This document shows positions 1 to 7,957 of a DNA stretch of 18,381 bases, one piece after another (the stretch's first letter is position 1; every line of letters begins with the position of its first letter). Under the pieces are notes generated by a model that made no database searches, was not told where the DNA came from, and was given only the letters and a program-made list of their open reading frames with translations. The position numbers were made by a program, and so were the translations under genes. This DNA comes from a virus. The stretch lies in UHGV virus genome UHGV-1767510, one strand, 5' to 3'.

Positions 1-129
1 CAGCGATGCCAGAGCAATTCGTGCCAGTTCTTCCGCTTCTTCTGCTGGCAGTACAACGTTGCTACCAGGTTCGTATGTTTCGCGCCACTGCCTGATTGTC
101 AGCAGTCGCTCTTTGGTAATAGTGGTCAT
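1..129 (-). CDS. Hypothetical protein, 5' part only (runs off left edge)
   Basis: Reverse complement of 127-129 is ATG; the reading frame stays open to the window edge (MTTITKERLLTIRQWRETYEPGSNVVLPAEEAEELARIALASL...). Same orientation and tight spacing as the downstream leftward genes. No family recognised. Confidence 0.3.
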   Translation of the reverse strand, partial: MTTITKERLLTIRQWRETYEPGSNVVLPAEEAEELARIALASL

Positions 130-139
130 GTGTTAGTCC

Positions 140-403
140 TTATCCTGCTGTACTTTCAACTGATGAGGGGAATAAAATCTTTTCATCAAATCCGGCATTC
201 ATATCATGAACAGCAACACACCAATCCATTGACGAACGATTATCAAGAGCCTCCATGATTTCATCCATGCGGCGCAGGTCATACAGGTAAATGCTTTTAT
301 CGCCAATGGTGTAAAAACCAATTTTTTTCGGTGATGGGCAGCGATCAAGAACGTCCTGTAATTCGTTCAACCATGCCCGTTCTTTTTTTGTTAAAGTTGC
401 CAT
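140..403 (-). CDS. Hypothetical early-left accessory protein (87 aa)
   Basis: ORF in the track; 1-bp gap to the upstream gene stop, consistent with an operon. No recognisable motif. Confidence 0.45.
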   Translation of the reverse strand: MATLTKKERAWLNELQDVLDRCPSPKKIGFYTIGDKSIYLYDLRRMDEIMEALDNRSSMDWCVAVHDMNAGFDEKILFPSSVESTAG

Positions 404-404
404 A

Positions 405-1004
405 TCACTCTCCTTTGATGCGAATGTCAGCGACGCGTAATGCGTGTTCTAGGTCAATCAGGTAAAGCCAACAGCCATTTTCTTTAGGTATCATGACTTG
501 TCGCTCATCTGCATTTATCGGGTGTCCATATCGAAGGTCGTAGCGAGTCGGTAATTGAACTTCCCGCGCTTCCAGTTCAGCAATACGCTTGCACCCATCA
601 GAGATAACTCCCTCATAATACTCGCGCTGCTCGTTGAGTTTTGATTTTGTCTCCTCAAGCTCAACGCGCAGCTTCCCTACCGTTAGCGCAATATCCTCGT
701 TCTCCTGGTCGCGGCGTTTGATGTATTGCTGGTTTCTTTCCTGTTCATCCAGCAGTGCCAGCACGGTAGCCGGGTTAGCCTCTGCTATGAATTCAGCGTT
801 TGCATAAGCCTGAGCATCTGTTTCAACCAGGCAGTTAACGTGACATTCTGCAATTACGCCACCGGGTTCTCCTTTCCATTTTTGACAAACAAAAACTCCT
901 GTTAAATTGCCGTGTTGGTTAACAGATGTATGCCCTACGATGTAGCTTCCTTTAGTTGCTTTCTCTGCCTTTTCACGCAGTACCTGATAGTTAATGTTGC
1001 TCAC
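405..1004 (-). CDS. Hypothetical phage protein with a central coiled-coil-like segment (possibly ead/Ea22-like)
   Basis: 199-aa ORF overlapping the upstream gene by 4 bp. Central charged heptad-like stretch (LDEQERNQQYIKRRDQENEDIALTVGKLRVELEETKSKLNEQREYYE). The family assignment is from memory only. Confidence 0.5.
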   Translation of the reverse strand: MSNINYQVLREKAEKATKGSYIVGHTSVNQHGNLTGVFVCQKWKGEPGGVIAECHVNCLVETDAQAYANAEFIAEANPATVLALLDEQERNQQYIKRRDQENEDIALTVGKLRVELEETKSKLNEQREYYEGVISDGCKRIAELEAREVQLPTRYDLRYGHPINADERQVMIPKENGCWLYLIDLEHALRVADIRIKGE

Positions 1005-1546
1005 TGGTTGCCTCCTTTACGAAGCTGTTCCGCCCATTCTTCAAGGGATTTCTCCGCATATTCACCGGACAGGCCATCAATCGGATGCGGTTCATTAGCC
1101 AACTCTTCTTTCGCTGACAAAATCATGCGTGTAACGTCGAAAACTTCACGCAAAGACTTATTGATAAATCCGTGATTGAACGCAGCAGCAAGACGGCTTG
1201 CGGTGTAGTTAATCCCCTCGTTGCGTGCCTCCGCACGTATTTCAGCCAGGAAAGCGTCGGTGGCTGACATATTTCCTGTTGCCTTCATGGCCTTCAAAAT
1301 AACCAGAACGCCATCTTGCCCAACCAACTCGGAGATAATCTCAGTGTTGTCGCCAACAACATCGCAGAATGCCTGAACTGCCTTACGAGCCAGCTCATTC
1401 TCCGCCGCCAGCGCCGCGCACTTGGCCTCCGCTTCAGCAAATTTACGGACAAAATATTCAGCGTTTGTTTCGTTAACCTTTAAATCTCGTGGGATGCATT
1501 TAACTTTCAGAAATCCATCCATCTCAATTAGTGACATTTTCTTCAT
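1001..1546 (-). CDS. Hypothetical phage protein (181 aa)
   Basis: ORF with 4-bp overlaps to both neighbours (operon-like). No motif recognised. Confidence 0.5.
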   Translation of the reverse strand: MKKMSLIEMDGFLKVKCIPRDLKVNETNAEYFVRKFAEAEAKCAALAAENELARKAVQAFCDVVGDNTEIISELVGQDGVLVILKAMKATGNMSATDAFLAEIRAEARNEGINYTASRLAAAFNHGFINKSLREVFDVTRMILSAKEELANEPHPIDGLSGEYAEKSLEEWAEQLRKGGNQ

Positions 1547-1740
1547 TTCTTCCCACTCCGCAACATCGCATTCAGATATTTGTTTTGATTCACTGATGGA
1601 AAAGAATTTCTCTTAAGCAATTCCTCTCTCGATGGCATTGGCTTTACGCGTTGGCGAATAATCATTTCTGCCGGAAGAATGCCGGGATTGTATGCAAGTC
1701 CTCTCATGGTAAATTCCTCAGTCATTACTGATAGCGCCAT
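1543..1740 (-). CDS. Small hypothetical protein (65 aa)
   Basis: Short ORF translationally coupled to neighbours on the same strand; weak support. Confidence 0.3.
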   Translation of the reverse strand: MALSVMTEEFTMRGLAYNPGILPAEMIIRQRVKPMPSREELLKRNSFPSVNQNKYLNAMLRSGKK

Positions 1741-2014
1741 AGCGTGAGCGGTAATTACGCAGGCGCGGGTCGATATATTCAGGGAATTTGTCTATTGTCG
1801 CTTTTCGCAACGGTCTCATTGCTGTTTCGTTTGTTCGGTCCTTCTCCTGTTTTAGCGCGAGTTGTATATCGCGTCGGTACATCCGTTCTGCTTTTGTTTC
1901 TGGTGTCAGAGCAAGAAACGCGTCGAAATTGTTTTTGATATTTTCCAGCACCTCCGCCTTGGAGCTACCGGAGCAATTGCGCGGGTCATCCGCACCATAC
2001 AGAGGCGCTGGCAT
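1718..2014 (-). CDS. Hypothetical phage protein (98 aa)
   Basis: ORF immediately downstream (leftward) of the SSB-like gene, same strand. Confidence 0.4.
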   Translation of the reverse strand: MPAPLYGADDPRNCSGSSKAEVLENIKNNFDAFLALTPETKAERMYRRDIQLALKQEKDRTNETAMRPLRKATIDKFPEYIDPRLRNYRSRYGAISND

Positions 2015-2037
2015 AATGGGAGCCTTATTTTCAATAA

Positions 2038-2625
2038 TCAGAAAGGAGGGTAATCGTTCTGGCTGTAACCATAATCATCTGCATGATTATGGCTTACGTT
2101 TTTAGAGCGATTGTCTTTATCTTTGAGGCTGGCAACCATGTTGGCGATAGTTTCTGGTTGCTTGCCTTCCGCCTTTTCTTTAAGGGTTTGACCTGTTTGT
2201 GCAATAAACGGGATGCGTATTTCCATCTGGTAGCTGTCTGCGCCAGTCTTTTTGTTTGTGGTTAATACTTTCTGGAGCACTAACCCGATTTTCTTTCCAT
2301 GAAATTCAGGTGCAACAAATTTACTGGCGGAAACCATATGCTGCGTTAATTGTCCAATCCCAGCACACCCCATCATGGCGTGAACGACATTTGCGCCAAA
2401 TTTGTTTTCCGTTCCGTCATTTTTCTGAACACAGACGCTAAGATATTGGATTTTACGGCCGTCGTCGGATTCGCCAGAAAACTCAATAAATTTGGCTCCT
2501 TTTTCTGATTGCTTTAGTTCTGCTTCAGTAATGGTAATGATATGGGCGCCAGTTTCGTTAATAAAACCACCTTGCCCTGCGGTCAGTGCTGCTTCTTCGT
2601 TATAAGTAAAAATCACGTTGCTCAT
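2038..2625 (-). CDS. Phage ssDNA-binding-like protein (DUF669-like partner of Sak4-type ATPase)
   Basis: 195-aa ORF overlapping the upstream ATPase gene by 4 bp (ATGA). Acidic C-terminal tail ...DDYGYSQNDYPPF resembles the SSB C-terminal D-[IP]-P-F tail. Sits in the recombination module in place of lambda exo/bet. Confidence 0.55.
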   Translation of the reverse strand: MSNVIFTYNEEAALTAGQGGFINETGAHIITITEAELKQSEKGAKFIEFSGESDDGRKIQYLSVCVQKNDGTENKFGANVVHAMMGCAGIGQLTQHMVSASKFVAPEFHGKKIGLVLQKVLTTNKKTGADSYQMEIRIPFIAQTGQTLKEKAEGKQPETIANMVASLKDKDNRSKNVSHNHADDYGYSQNDYPPF

Positions 2626-3302
2626 GCGGCGTTTTCCTTAATTTGATGAACATTATTGATGCCGTAGTAATCACAAACAGTGGCATCGACGAAAGAGAGA
2701 TCGTTATCAATCTCATTGGAATCAAACATTCCCATTGGGGATTTGACAGTGTCTGCACCGTTGTTTTTCGTGGTGAAAAAGAACTGGTCATCGCGGGTAA
2801 GAGTGCGAAGAACTATAGTAAACATGCCTTCGACAGTGATTTTCTCGTCCAGCATTTTGCCGATAGTTTTCATTTTCACGCGCCCCATAGGGGTTTCTTC
2901 GGTATGTGCAAGAAAATAGACTCTCAGGTCATCAGGTGCATCCTGTGCAGCCTTAATCACCTCCCATGCGTGGCGGCCTATCTCAGTGAATTTATCAAAC
3001 GATTTTTCTTCTGAGCGGCGCATAAACTCATTGCTCATCACATACTGGAAGTCATCAACAATAACGATTCTTTTCCCGTATTCGTGAGCACGCTTAATTA
3101 CGGCAACTATTACGTCCCATTTGTCAGTGGTAACTACGGTTCCTTTTTTTGCTCTGGCATCCCATGCCAGCCAGTCTTTTGATTTAAATGGAAGCGGCTT
3201 GCCTATTGGTTTTATAAGTATTGCTTCCTCTGGATTGATATTTCTCATGCTGGTTGATTTTCCGGTGCCAGATTCACCGAGTATTAATGTCGCAGTTCCC
3301 AT
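2622..3302 (-). CDS. Sak4-like RecA-core ATPase (phage single-strand annealing / recombination ATPase)
   Basis: 226 aa. N-terminal Walker A 'LILGESGTGKST' and Walker B-like 'RIVIVDDF'. Size and pairing with an SSB-like gene fit Sak4/AAA_24-type phage recombinases. Confidence 0.55.
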   Translation of the reverse strand: MGTATLILGESGTGKSTSMRNINPEEAILIKPIGKPLPFKSKDWLAWDARAKKGTVVTTDKWDVIVAVIKRAHEYGKRIVIVDDFQYVMSNEFMRRSEEKSFDKFTEIGRHAWEVIKAAQDAPDDLRVYFLAHTEETPMGRVKMKTIGKMLDEKITVEGMFTIVLRTLTRDDQFFFTTKNNGADTVKSPMGMFDSNEIDNDLSFVDATVCDYYGINNVHQIKENAA

Positions 3303-3310
3303 AATTTGCC

Positions 3311-3499
3311 TCAGAATGGTAATTCGGATGGGGAGGAAAGAAACTCACGCTCATTCATGCGCTCTCTTTGTGCCTGCCATAAGCAAAGTTGTTTCTTTGA
3401 TTTATCTCCCGCTTTACGCCAGTAACGAGCCTCAGCAATGTGATATTCTCTTTTTAATCGACTTAACTCTGGAGTTTTCGCCAGTTCTACCGGAATCAT
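3311..3499 (-). CDS. Small hypothetical protein (about 62 aa) in the position lambda uses for gam
   Basis: ORF track gives 3311..3511; an internal ATG at 3499 preceded by GGAGG is the more likely start (MIPVELAKTPELSRLKREYHIAEARYWRK...). No similarity to Gam recognised. Confidence 0.3.
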   Translation of the reverse strand: MIPVELAKTPELSRLKREYHIAEARYWRKAGDKSKKQLCLWQAQRERMNEREFLSSPSELPF

Positions 3500-3609
3500 T
3501 TTGACCTCCATTTTCTGTAGGCTTCGACGGCCTCACGAAACATCTTTTCATCGCCAATAAAAGCGGCGATAGTGAATTTAGTCTGGATAGCCATAAGTGT
3601 TTTATCCAT
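3496..3609 (-). CDS. kil: Kil-like host-killing protein (37 aa)
   Basis: Internal start of the 79-aa track ORF gives MDKTLMAIQTKFTIAAFIGDEKMFREAVEAYRKWRSK, which matches my recollection of the lambda Kil N-terminus. Overlaps the cIII stop as in lambda. Confidence 0.55.
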   Translation of the reverse strand: MDKTLMAIQTKFTIAAFIGDEKMFREAVEAYRKWRSK

Positions 3610-3742
3610 TCTTTGGGACTCCTGGCTGATTAAGTATGTCGATAAGGCGTTTCCATCCGTCACGTAATTTACGGGTGATTCGTTCAAGTAAAGATTCGGA
3701 AGGGCAGCCAGCAACAGGCCACCCTGCAATGGCATATTGCAT
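3602..3742 (-). CDS. cIII: CIII protein (FtsH inhibitor, stabilises CII)
   Basis: MQYAIAGWPVAGCPSESLLERITRKLRDGWKRLIDILNQPGVPKNG is essentially the lambda CIII sequence. ATG at 3740-3742 is preceded by AAGGAG; the upstream part of the 80-aa track ORF is not coding. Confidence 0.8.
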   Translation of the reverse strand: MQYAIAGWPVAGCPSESLLERITRKLRDGWKRLIDILNQPGVPKNG

Positions 3743-3802
3743 GGTGTGCTCCTTATTTATACATAACGAAAAACGCCTCGAGTGAAGCGTTATTGGTATG
3801 CA

Positions 3803-3829
3803 TATAAAAAGGCCCTCACACTGGAGGGC
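3803..3829 (-). terminator. Putative intrinsic terminator upstream of cIII (tL-like)
   Basis: Hairpin ggccctc-acactg-gagggc at 3812-3829 followed on the - strand by a T-run (3803-3810). Confidence 0.35.
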
Positions 3830-3947
3830 AAAGAAGATTTCCAATAATCAGAACAAGTCGGCTCCTGTTTAGTTACGAGCGACATTGCTCCGTGTATTCA
3901 CTCGTTGGAATGAATACACAGTGCAGTGTTTATTCTGTTGTTTATGC

Positions 3948-3974
3948 CAAAAATAAAGGCCGACTATGCGGCCT
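3948..3974 (-). terminator. Intrinsic terminator downstream of the 149-aa membrane-protein gene
   Basis: Hairpin aggccg-actatg-cggcct at 3957-3974 followed on the - strand by TTTATTTTT (3948-3956). Confidence 0.5.
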
Positions 3975-3978
3975 GAAA

Positions 3979-4428
3979 TTACTTAACCAATGATGCTGCA
4001 TATTCGATAAGGTAAAGCTTTGGGGCCAGCCAAATTTTTAACCAAGTCATATTGGTTACTACACCAATAATAAAAATCCCCCACAGAGTCAAAACTCCAA
4101 CCAATGGCATGATAAGAAGATTAATATCACCTTTGCTATCCCAAACCATTGTCGGCCTGTATTTGGGATTTCCTTTCTCCCATGAATATCCTTCATCACC
4201 GATTTTACCTGTCTCAACTCTTTGGCACTGCTTCTTCATAAACCAGAAAACCAGTGGGATTGTTAGAATGGCCATTAATGTTTTAATCAGACTGTCAACC
4301 ATATTCCATAGCAGCAACTGATGAACAACATCAGGAATCTGTGCCTGGCTAAATGAAACAGCCGCGTCTATTCCATTACTGGCTTTTTGCAGTAGTTCTA
4401 CGAGAATCTTGTTTGCTTGTTCTTCCAT
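3979..4428 (-). CDS. Small integral membrane protein, candidate superinfection-exclusion protein (sieB-like position)
   Basis: 149 aa with 2-3 hydrophobic helices (LMAILTIPLVFWFM; INLLIMPLVGVLTLWGIFIIGVV). Has its own RBS and flanking terminators; lies between N and cIII where lambda carries ral/sieB. Confidence 0.5.
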   Translation of the reverse strand: MEEQANKILVELLQKASNGIDAAVSFSQAQIPDVVHQLLLWNMVDSLIKTLMAILTIPLVFWFMKKQCQRVETGKIGDEGYSWEKGNPKYRPTMVWDSKGDINLLIMPLVGVLTLWGIFIIGVVTNMTWLKIWLAPKLYLIEYAASLVK

Positions 4429-4567
4429 ATATCACCTTGATTGTAATAAGCATGAAATTATTTACGGACAAAAATAAAGGCCACCATCAGGCAGCCTTGT
4501 AGTTCTGTTTACCAAGTTCTCTGGCAATCATTGTCGTCGTTCGTATTGTCCACACCATTGATTTGTA

Positions 4568-4654
4568 TCAATAGTCGTAGTCATACGGATAGTCCTGGTA
4601 TTGTTCCATCACATCCTGAGGATGCTCTTCGAACTCTTCAAATTCTTCTTCCAT
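4568..4654 (-). CDS. Very small, highly acidic peptide (MEEEFEEFEEHPQDVMEQYQDYPYDYDY)
   Basis: Absent from the ORF track (too short). Its RBS/start context (aggtgatatATGGAAGAA) is nearly identical to that of the 149-aa gene downstream, and it is followed by a similar 'caaaaataaaggcc' terminator-like element. Confidence 0.3.
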   Translation of the reverse strand: MEEEFEEFEEHPQDVMEQYQDYPYDYDY

Positions 4655-4712
4655 ATATCACCTCAAATAAGTGGTTTGCTGCCTAATTTCATTTTCTGGC
4701 GACCAACACAAG

Positions 4713-5096
4713 TCACCTCGCCGTCAGTTGTTTTGATTTCCGGTAGCCTGCCGCGTAAATGGCTACGTTTGGAAGACATACACCAGTTTCTGGTTGCCTA
4801 TGCCCAAACTCATTCGCGTACACAATGGCCGCTCTCTCCAGATTGCGTCTGTATTCTTTCTGTTGCCAGATCACGTCCTGTGCCATGAACTTAATTGGCT
4901 TAGCGTCTTCTATGCGCTCAGGCGTTTCGTGTTTACCTTTAGCCTGAATCTGTGCCAGACTGAGGGTAGGGCGGTGTAATACTTCTGAACTTATTGCTTC
5001 TTCGCGGGCCAGCACGCCGTTAGCTAATGCCTTTGCCTTTAAACGCTCACGACGACGAGAACGTGAATTGCCTTTGAACTGAGTTCTGCGTGTCAT
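4713..5096 (-). CDS. N: Antitermination protein N (P22/Stx-phage type)
   Basis: Arginine-rich N-terminal motif (GNSRSRRRERLKAKA) and C-terminal ...AAGYRKSKQLTAR typical of N-family proteins. First gene downstream of pL/nutL. Confidence 0.8.
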   Translation of the reverse strand: MTRRTQFKGNSRSRRRERLKAKALANGVLAREEAISSEVLHRPTLSLAQIQAKGKHETPERIEDAKPIKFMAQDVIWQQKEYRRNLERAAIVYANEFGHRQPETGVCLPNVAIYAAGYRKSKQLTAR

Positions 5097-5261
5097 ATAG
5101 ACCTCCTGATGAACTTTGGTGGTGTGGTAGGTGGGAGACCCATTTCGACCTGTTTCGGCCTACTTCAATTCGGCAATAGTCCCGCAGGCCTCGCCGCTTT
5201 ACGTGCGACATATTCCCGTCCATGAACCCTTCACCACACCCCAAAGTTCACTTTGGTTATT

Positions 5262-5276
5262 GCGCTTTGTCAGCGC
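5262..5276 (-). promoter_or_regulatory. nutL boxB hairpin (GCGCUGACAAAGCGC in the leftward transcript)
   Basis: Stem-loop gcgc-tgacaaa-gcgc between pL and N. The same loop recurs downstream of cro (nutR); it matches the P22/phage-21 style boxB rather than lambda GCCCUGAAAAAGGGC. I could not find a convincing boxA. Confidence 0.5.
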
Positions 5277-5337
5277 CGTAGATTCATATTCGAATCGTTG
5301 TATATTCACCGCCCTGGTGAGTAGTGCGTCCTGCTGA

Positions 5338-5407
5338 TGTGTTTAGTATCACCGCCAGTGGTATTTATGTCAACACCGCTAGAGATAATTAATCACCGCA
5401 GATGGTT
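5338..5407 (-). promoter_or_regulatory. oL1-oL2-oL3 operators and pL promoter
   Basis: tatcaccgccagtggta (5347-5363), caacaccgctagagata (5371-5387) and aatcaccgcagatggtt (5391-5407) match lambda oL1/oL2/oL3 with at most 1-2 changes. On the - strand, -35 TTGACA and -10 GATACT direct leftward transcription. Confidence 0.85.
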
Positions 5408-5550
5408 ATCTGTATGTTTTTTATATGAATTTATTTTTTGCAGGGGGCATTGTTTGGTAGGTGAGAGATCTGAATTGCTATGTTTAGTGAGTTGTATCTA
5501 TTAATTTTCAAATAAATACAATTGGTTATGTGTTTTTTTTGGGGGGGTAG

Positions 5551-5578
5551 GCAAAGAAAACCCGGCTCGGTGGCCGGG
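5551..5578 (-). terminator. Intrinsic terminator ending the cI / cassette transcript
   Basis: Hairpin cccggc-tcggtg-gccggg (5561-5578) followed on the - strand by TTTTCTTTG; lies 8 bp past the stop of the 310-aa gene. Confidence 0.6.
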
Positions 5579-5585
5579 TGAGATA

Positions 5586-6518
5586 TTAAAGAACCGATTT
5601 AACAAGATGGTTTTTACGGTACAGACCTATGCGATCATTGTGAATCTCAGTAGTCTCCACTAAAAGAGAAACAATCTGTCCGACCTTGTGTTTTTTTTGT
5701 ATTAAATCTAGCATTTCAATCGGATAGGAAGCCTTTAAATGTTCACCACCAACATCAAGCTCCAGCTTCCCATATTTGGATAGAACGACCAGTTCGCCTG
5801 TAACCGTTTCAGTAATGGGAGGGGATGAAATGGTTGATGTAAGTCTACTCACCAAGTACTTAATTTTATTGGAGTCAATAGTTGCCACCTTGGTGCCATT
5901 ACTAAATGGACCGGTCCAACTTGCATCAAATGTTAAGTTGTGTTTATCGCATTCCTCTACGATTCTCTTAAGGCTTACAGTGGAATTGTATCCAATTTCA
6001 GCGACGTGATTCATGAAGTTGTTGTCGTCATCGCTTAACAACAAATCGAATATGCCTTTTACAGCCTTGCTGGGTACTGTTTCTACTAATTCTGCTATTC
6101 CTGTAGAGAAGGTGACGCCCAATTTTGTAGACCCAGGGGATAAATCAGCCAGCCTGAGGTTTAAGGAGCTTTTCACGTCGTAGGGAACTTTTTTTGAGTC
6201 CTTGCCTGAGGCAATTTTGTGTGTTGCTCTTTGTATTAGCGCTGCAAGATTTGTTGAAATAGCCCCAAGCAGCTCTAAAGGAATAGAGCCAAAGTCAACC
6301 TCAGAGCCTTTCAGCCGCAGCTCAAAAAAATCGATAAGTGGGTGCCGACTATCTTGCTTTAATTTTTCGGCCTTCAAATCGCTCAGATGAGAATCCATGG
6401 AGCGATAAAGAAGCATGTCAGCAAAGGACCTGGTTTTGTTTTGCTTCATTGCATCGACTTCTTTTTGAATGAAATCAATGCGTTTATCGCAATTTTTAAA
6501 CATTGATTTATCATTCAT
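5586..6518 (-). CDS. Unknown 310-aa protein, second gene of the rex-slot cassette (candidate effector or partner)
   Basis: Long ORF translationally coupled to the upstream gene (ATGA overlap at 6515-6518). No motif I can assign (no Walker A, HEPN, HNH or PD-(D/E)xK signatures seen by eye). Confidence 0.7.
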   Translation of the reverse strand: MNDKSMFKNCDKRIDFIQKEVDAMKQNKTRSFADMLLYRSMDSHLSDLKAEKLKQDSRHPLIDFFELRLKGSEVDFGSIPLELLGAISTNLAALIQRATHKIASGKDSKKVPYDVKSSLNLRLADLSPGSTKLGVTFSTGIAELVETVPSKAVKGIFDLLLSDDDNNFMNHVAEIGYNSTVSLKRIVEECDKHNLTFDASWTGPFSNGTKVATIDSNKIKYLVSRLTSTISSPPITETVTGELVVLSKYGKLELDVGGEHLKASYPIEMLDLIQKKHKVGQIVSLLVETTEIHNDRIGLYRKNHLVKSVL

Positions 6519-6994
6519 AAAAAAATCCTCACTAACCCTTTCGGGTTTTCACTGCGATCAAAACCAAACCAACCGCGCCAGTAGCTACGCCAGTACTCAT
6601 AATCATAGTTAGGGTCATCTAAATTCTTCATGAGTAGTAGGACATCAATTTTGTAGTTTTGTTTGATGTAGTTTCGGTCAAGCAAATTATCGACGCGGCC
6701 CCGAAGCATGACAGGTATTGAGTTTATATTGCTATAGTCACATACCAACAAAATATCAATATCATCAGGCTCTGGTTTAGACGTGGTGTATGAACCATCA
6801 ACCCATATTTCTGTAAAACAGCCATATTGAGCAGATAATTCTCGAATAGATTCGAGTAGCTGTATAAAATTACAGTATAGCATGCCTCGCCTGGATGATG
6901 AAGGAAAGCAATCGACACAATACGATTTTAATCCAGCTTCATCCATGTCATGGAACCCTGGCTCAAACAGGGGTGGGTAATTAATTTTATCCAT
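6515..6994 (-). CDS. Putative minimal nucleotidyltransferase-fold protein (159 aa), first gene of the rex-slot cassette
   Basis: Motif WVDGSYTTSKPEPDDIDILLV fits the Pol-beta superfamily NTase signature hG[GS]-x9-Dh[DE]h. RBS AAGG 6 nt before the ATG. Lies immediately downstream of cI, where lambda has rexA. Confidence 0.65.
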   Translation of the reverse strand: MDKINYPPLFEPGFHDMDEAGLKSYCVDCFPSSSRRGMLYCNFIQLLESIRELSAQYGCFTEIWVDGSYTTSKPEPDDIDILLVCDYSNINSIPVMLRGRVDNLLDRNYIKQNYKIDVLLLMKNLDDPNYDYEYWRSYWRGWFGFDRSENPKGLVRIFL

Positions 6995-7143
6995 AAAAAA
7001 CCTTGCTATACATTTGTTTTTTTTATTAAAAATCTAACCACCGAAATGGTGACGGCAAGATGTTACATGGGGTTACAATCAGCCAATACACCGCATTAAA
7101 TAATTTTTTCACCAGCTATGCGCCGACCAGAACACCTTGCCCA

Positions 7144-7860
<717 letters not shown>

Positions 7861-7867
7861 TTAAATC

Positions 7868-7933
7868 TATCACCGCAAGGGATAAACTTCTAACACCGTG
7901 CGTGTTGACTATTTTACCTCTAGCGGTGATAAT
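7868..7933. promoter_or_regulatory. oR3-oR2-oR1 operators with divergent pRM and pR promoters
   Basis: tatcaccgcaagggata (7868-7884), taacaccgtgcgtgttg (7891-7907) and tacctctagcggtgata (7915-7931) match lambda oR3/oR2/oR1. pR has -35 TTGACT (7905-7910) and -10 GATAAT (7928-7933). Confidence 0.85.
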
Positions 7934-7957
7934 GATTGCCTGTACTAAGGAGGTTGT

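Noticed and set aside
2643-3014. + strand ORFs (123 aa and 79 aa) inside the Sak4-like gene region, and similar antisense ORFs across 1400-2450
   Set aside because: Antisense to genes that have operon-consistent overlaps and motifs; no RBS or motif support.
3602-3844. Extended 80-aa and 79-aa readings of the cIII and kil ORFs
   Set aside because: The conserved CIII and Kil sequences begin at internal ATGs (3742 and 3609) with proper RBSs; the upstream extensions run through terminator hairpins and are not conserved-looking.
4471-4498. Hairpin aaggc...gcctt with T-run as a strong intrinsic terminator
   Set aside because: The stem is only about 5 bp with a long loop; retained only as part of the duplicated-signal observation, not annotated as a confident terminator.
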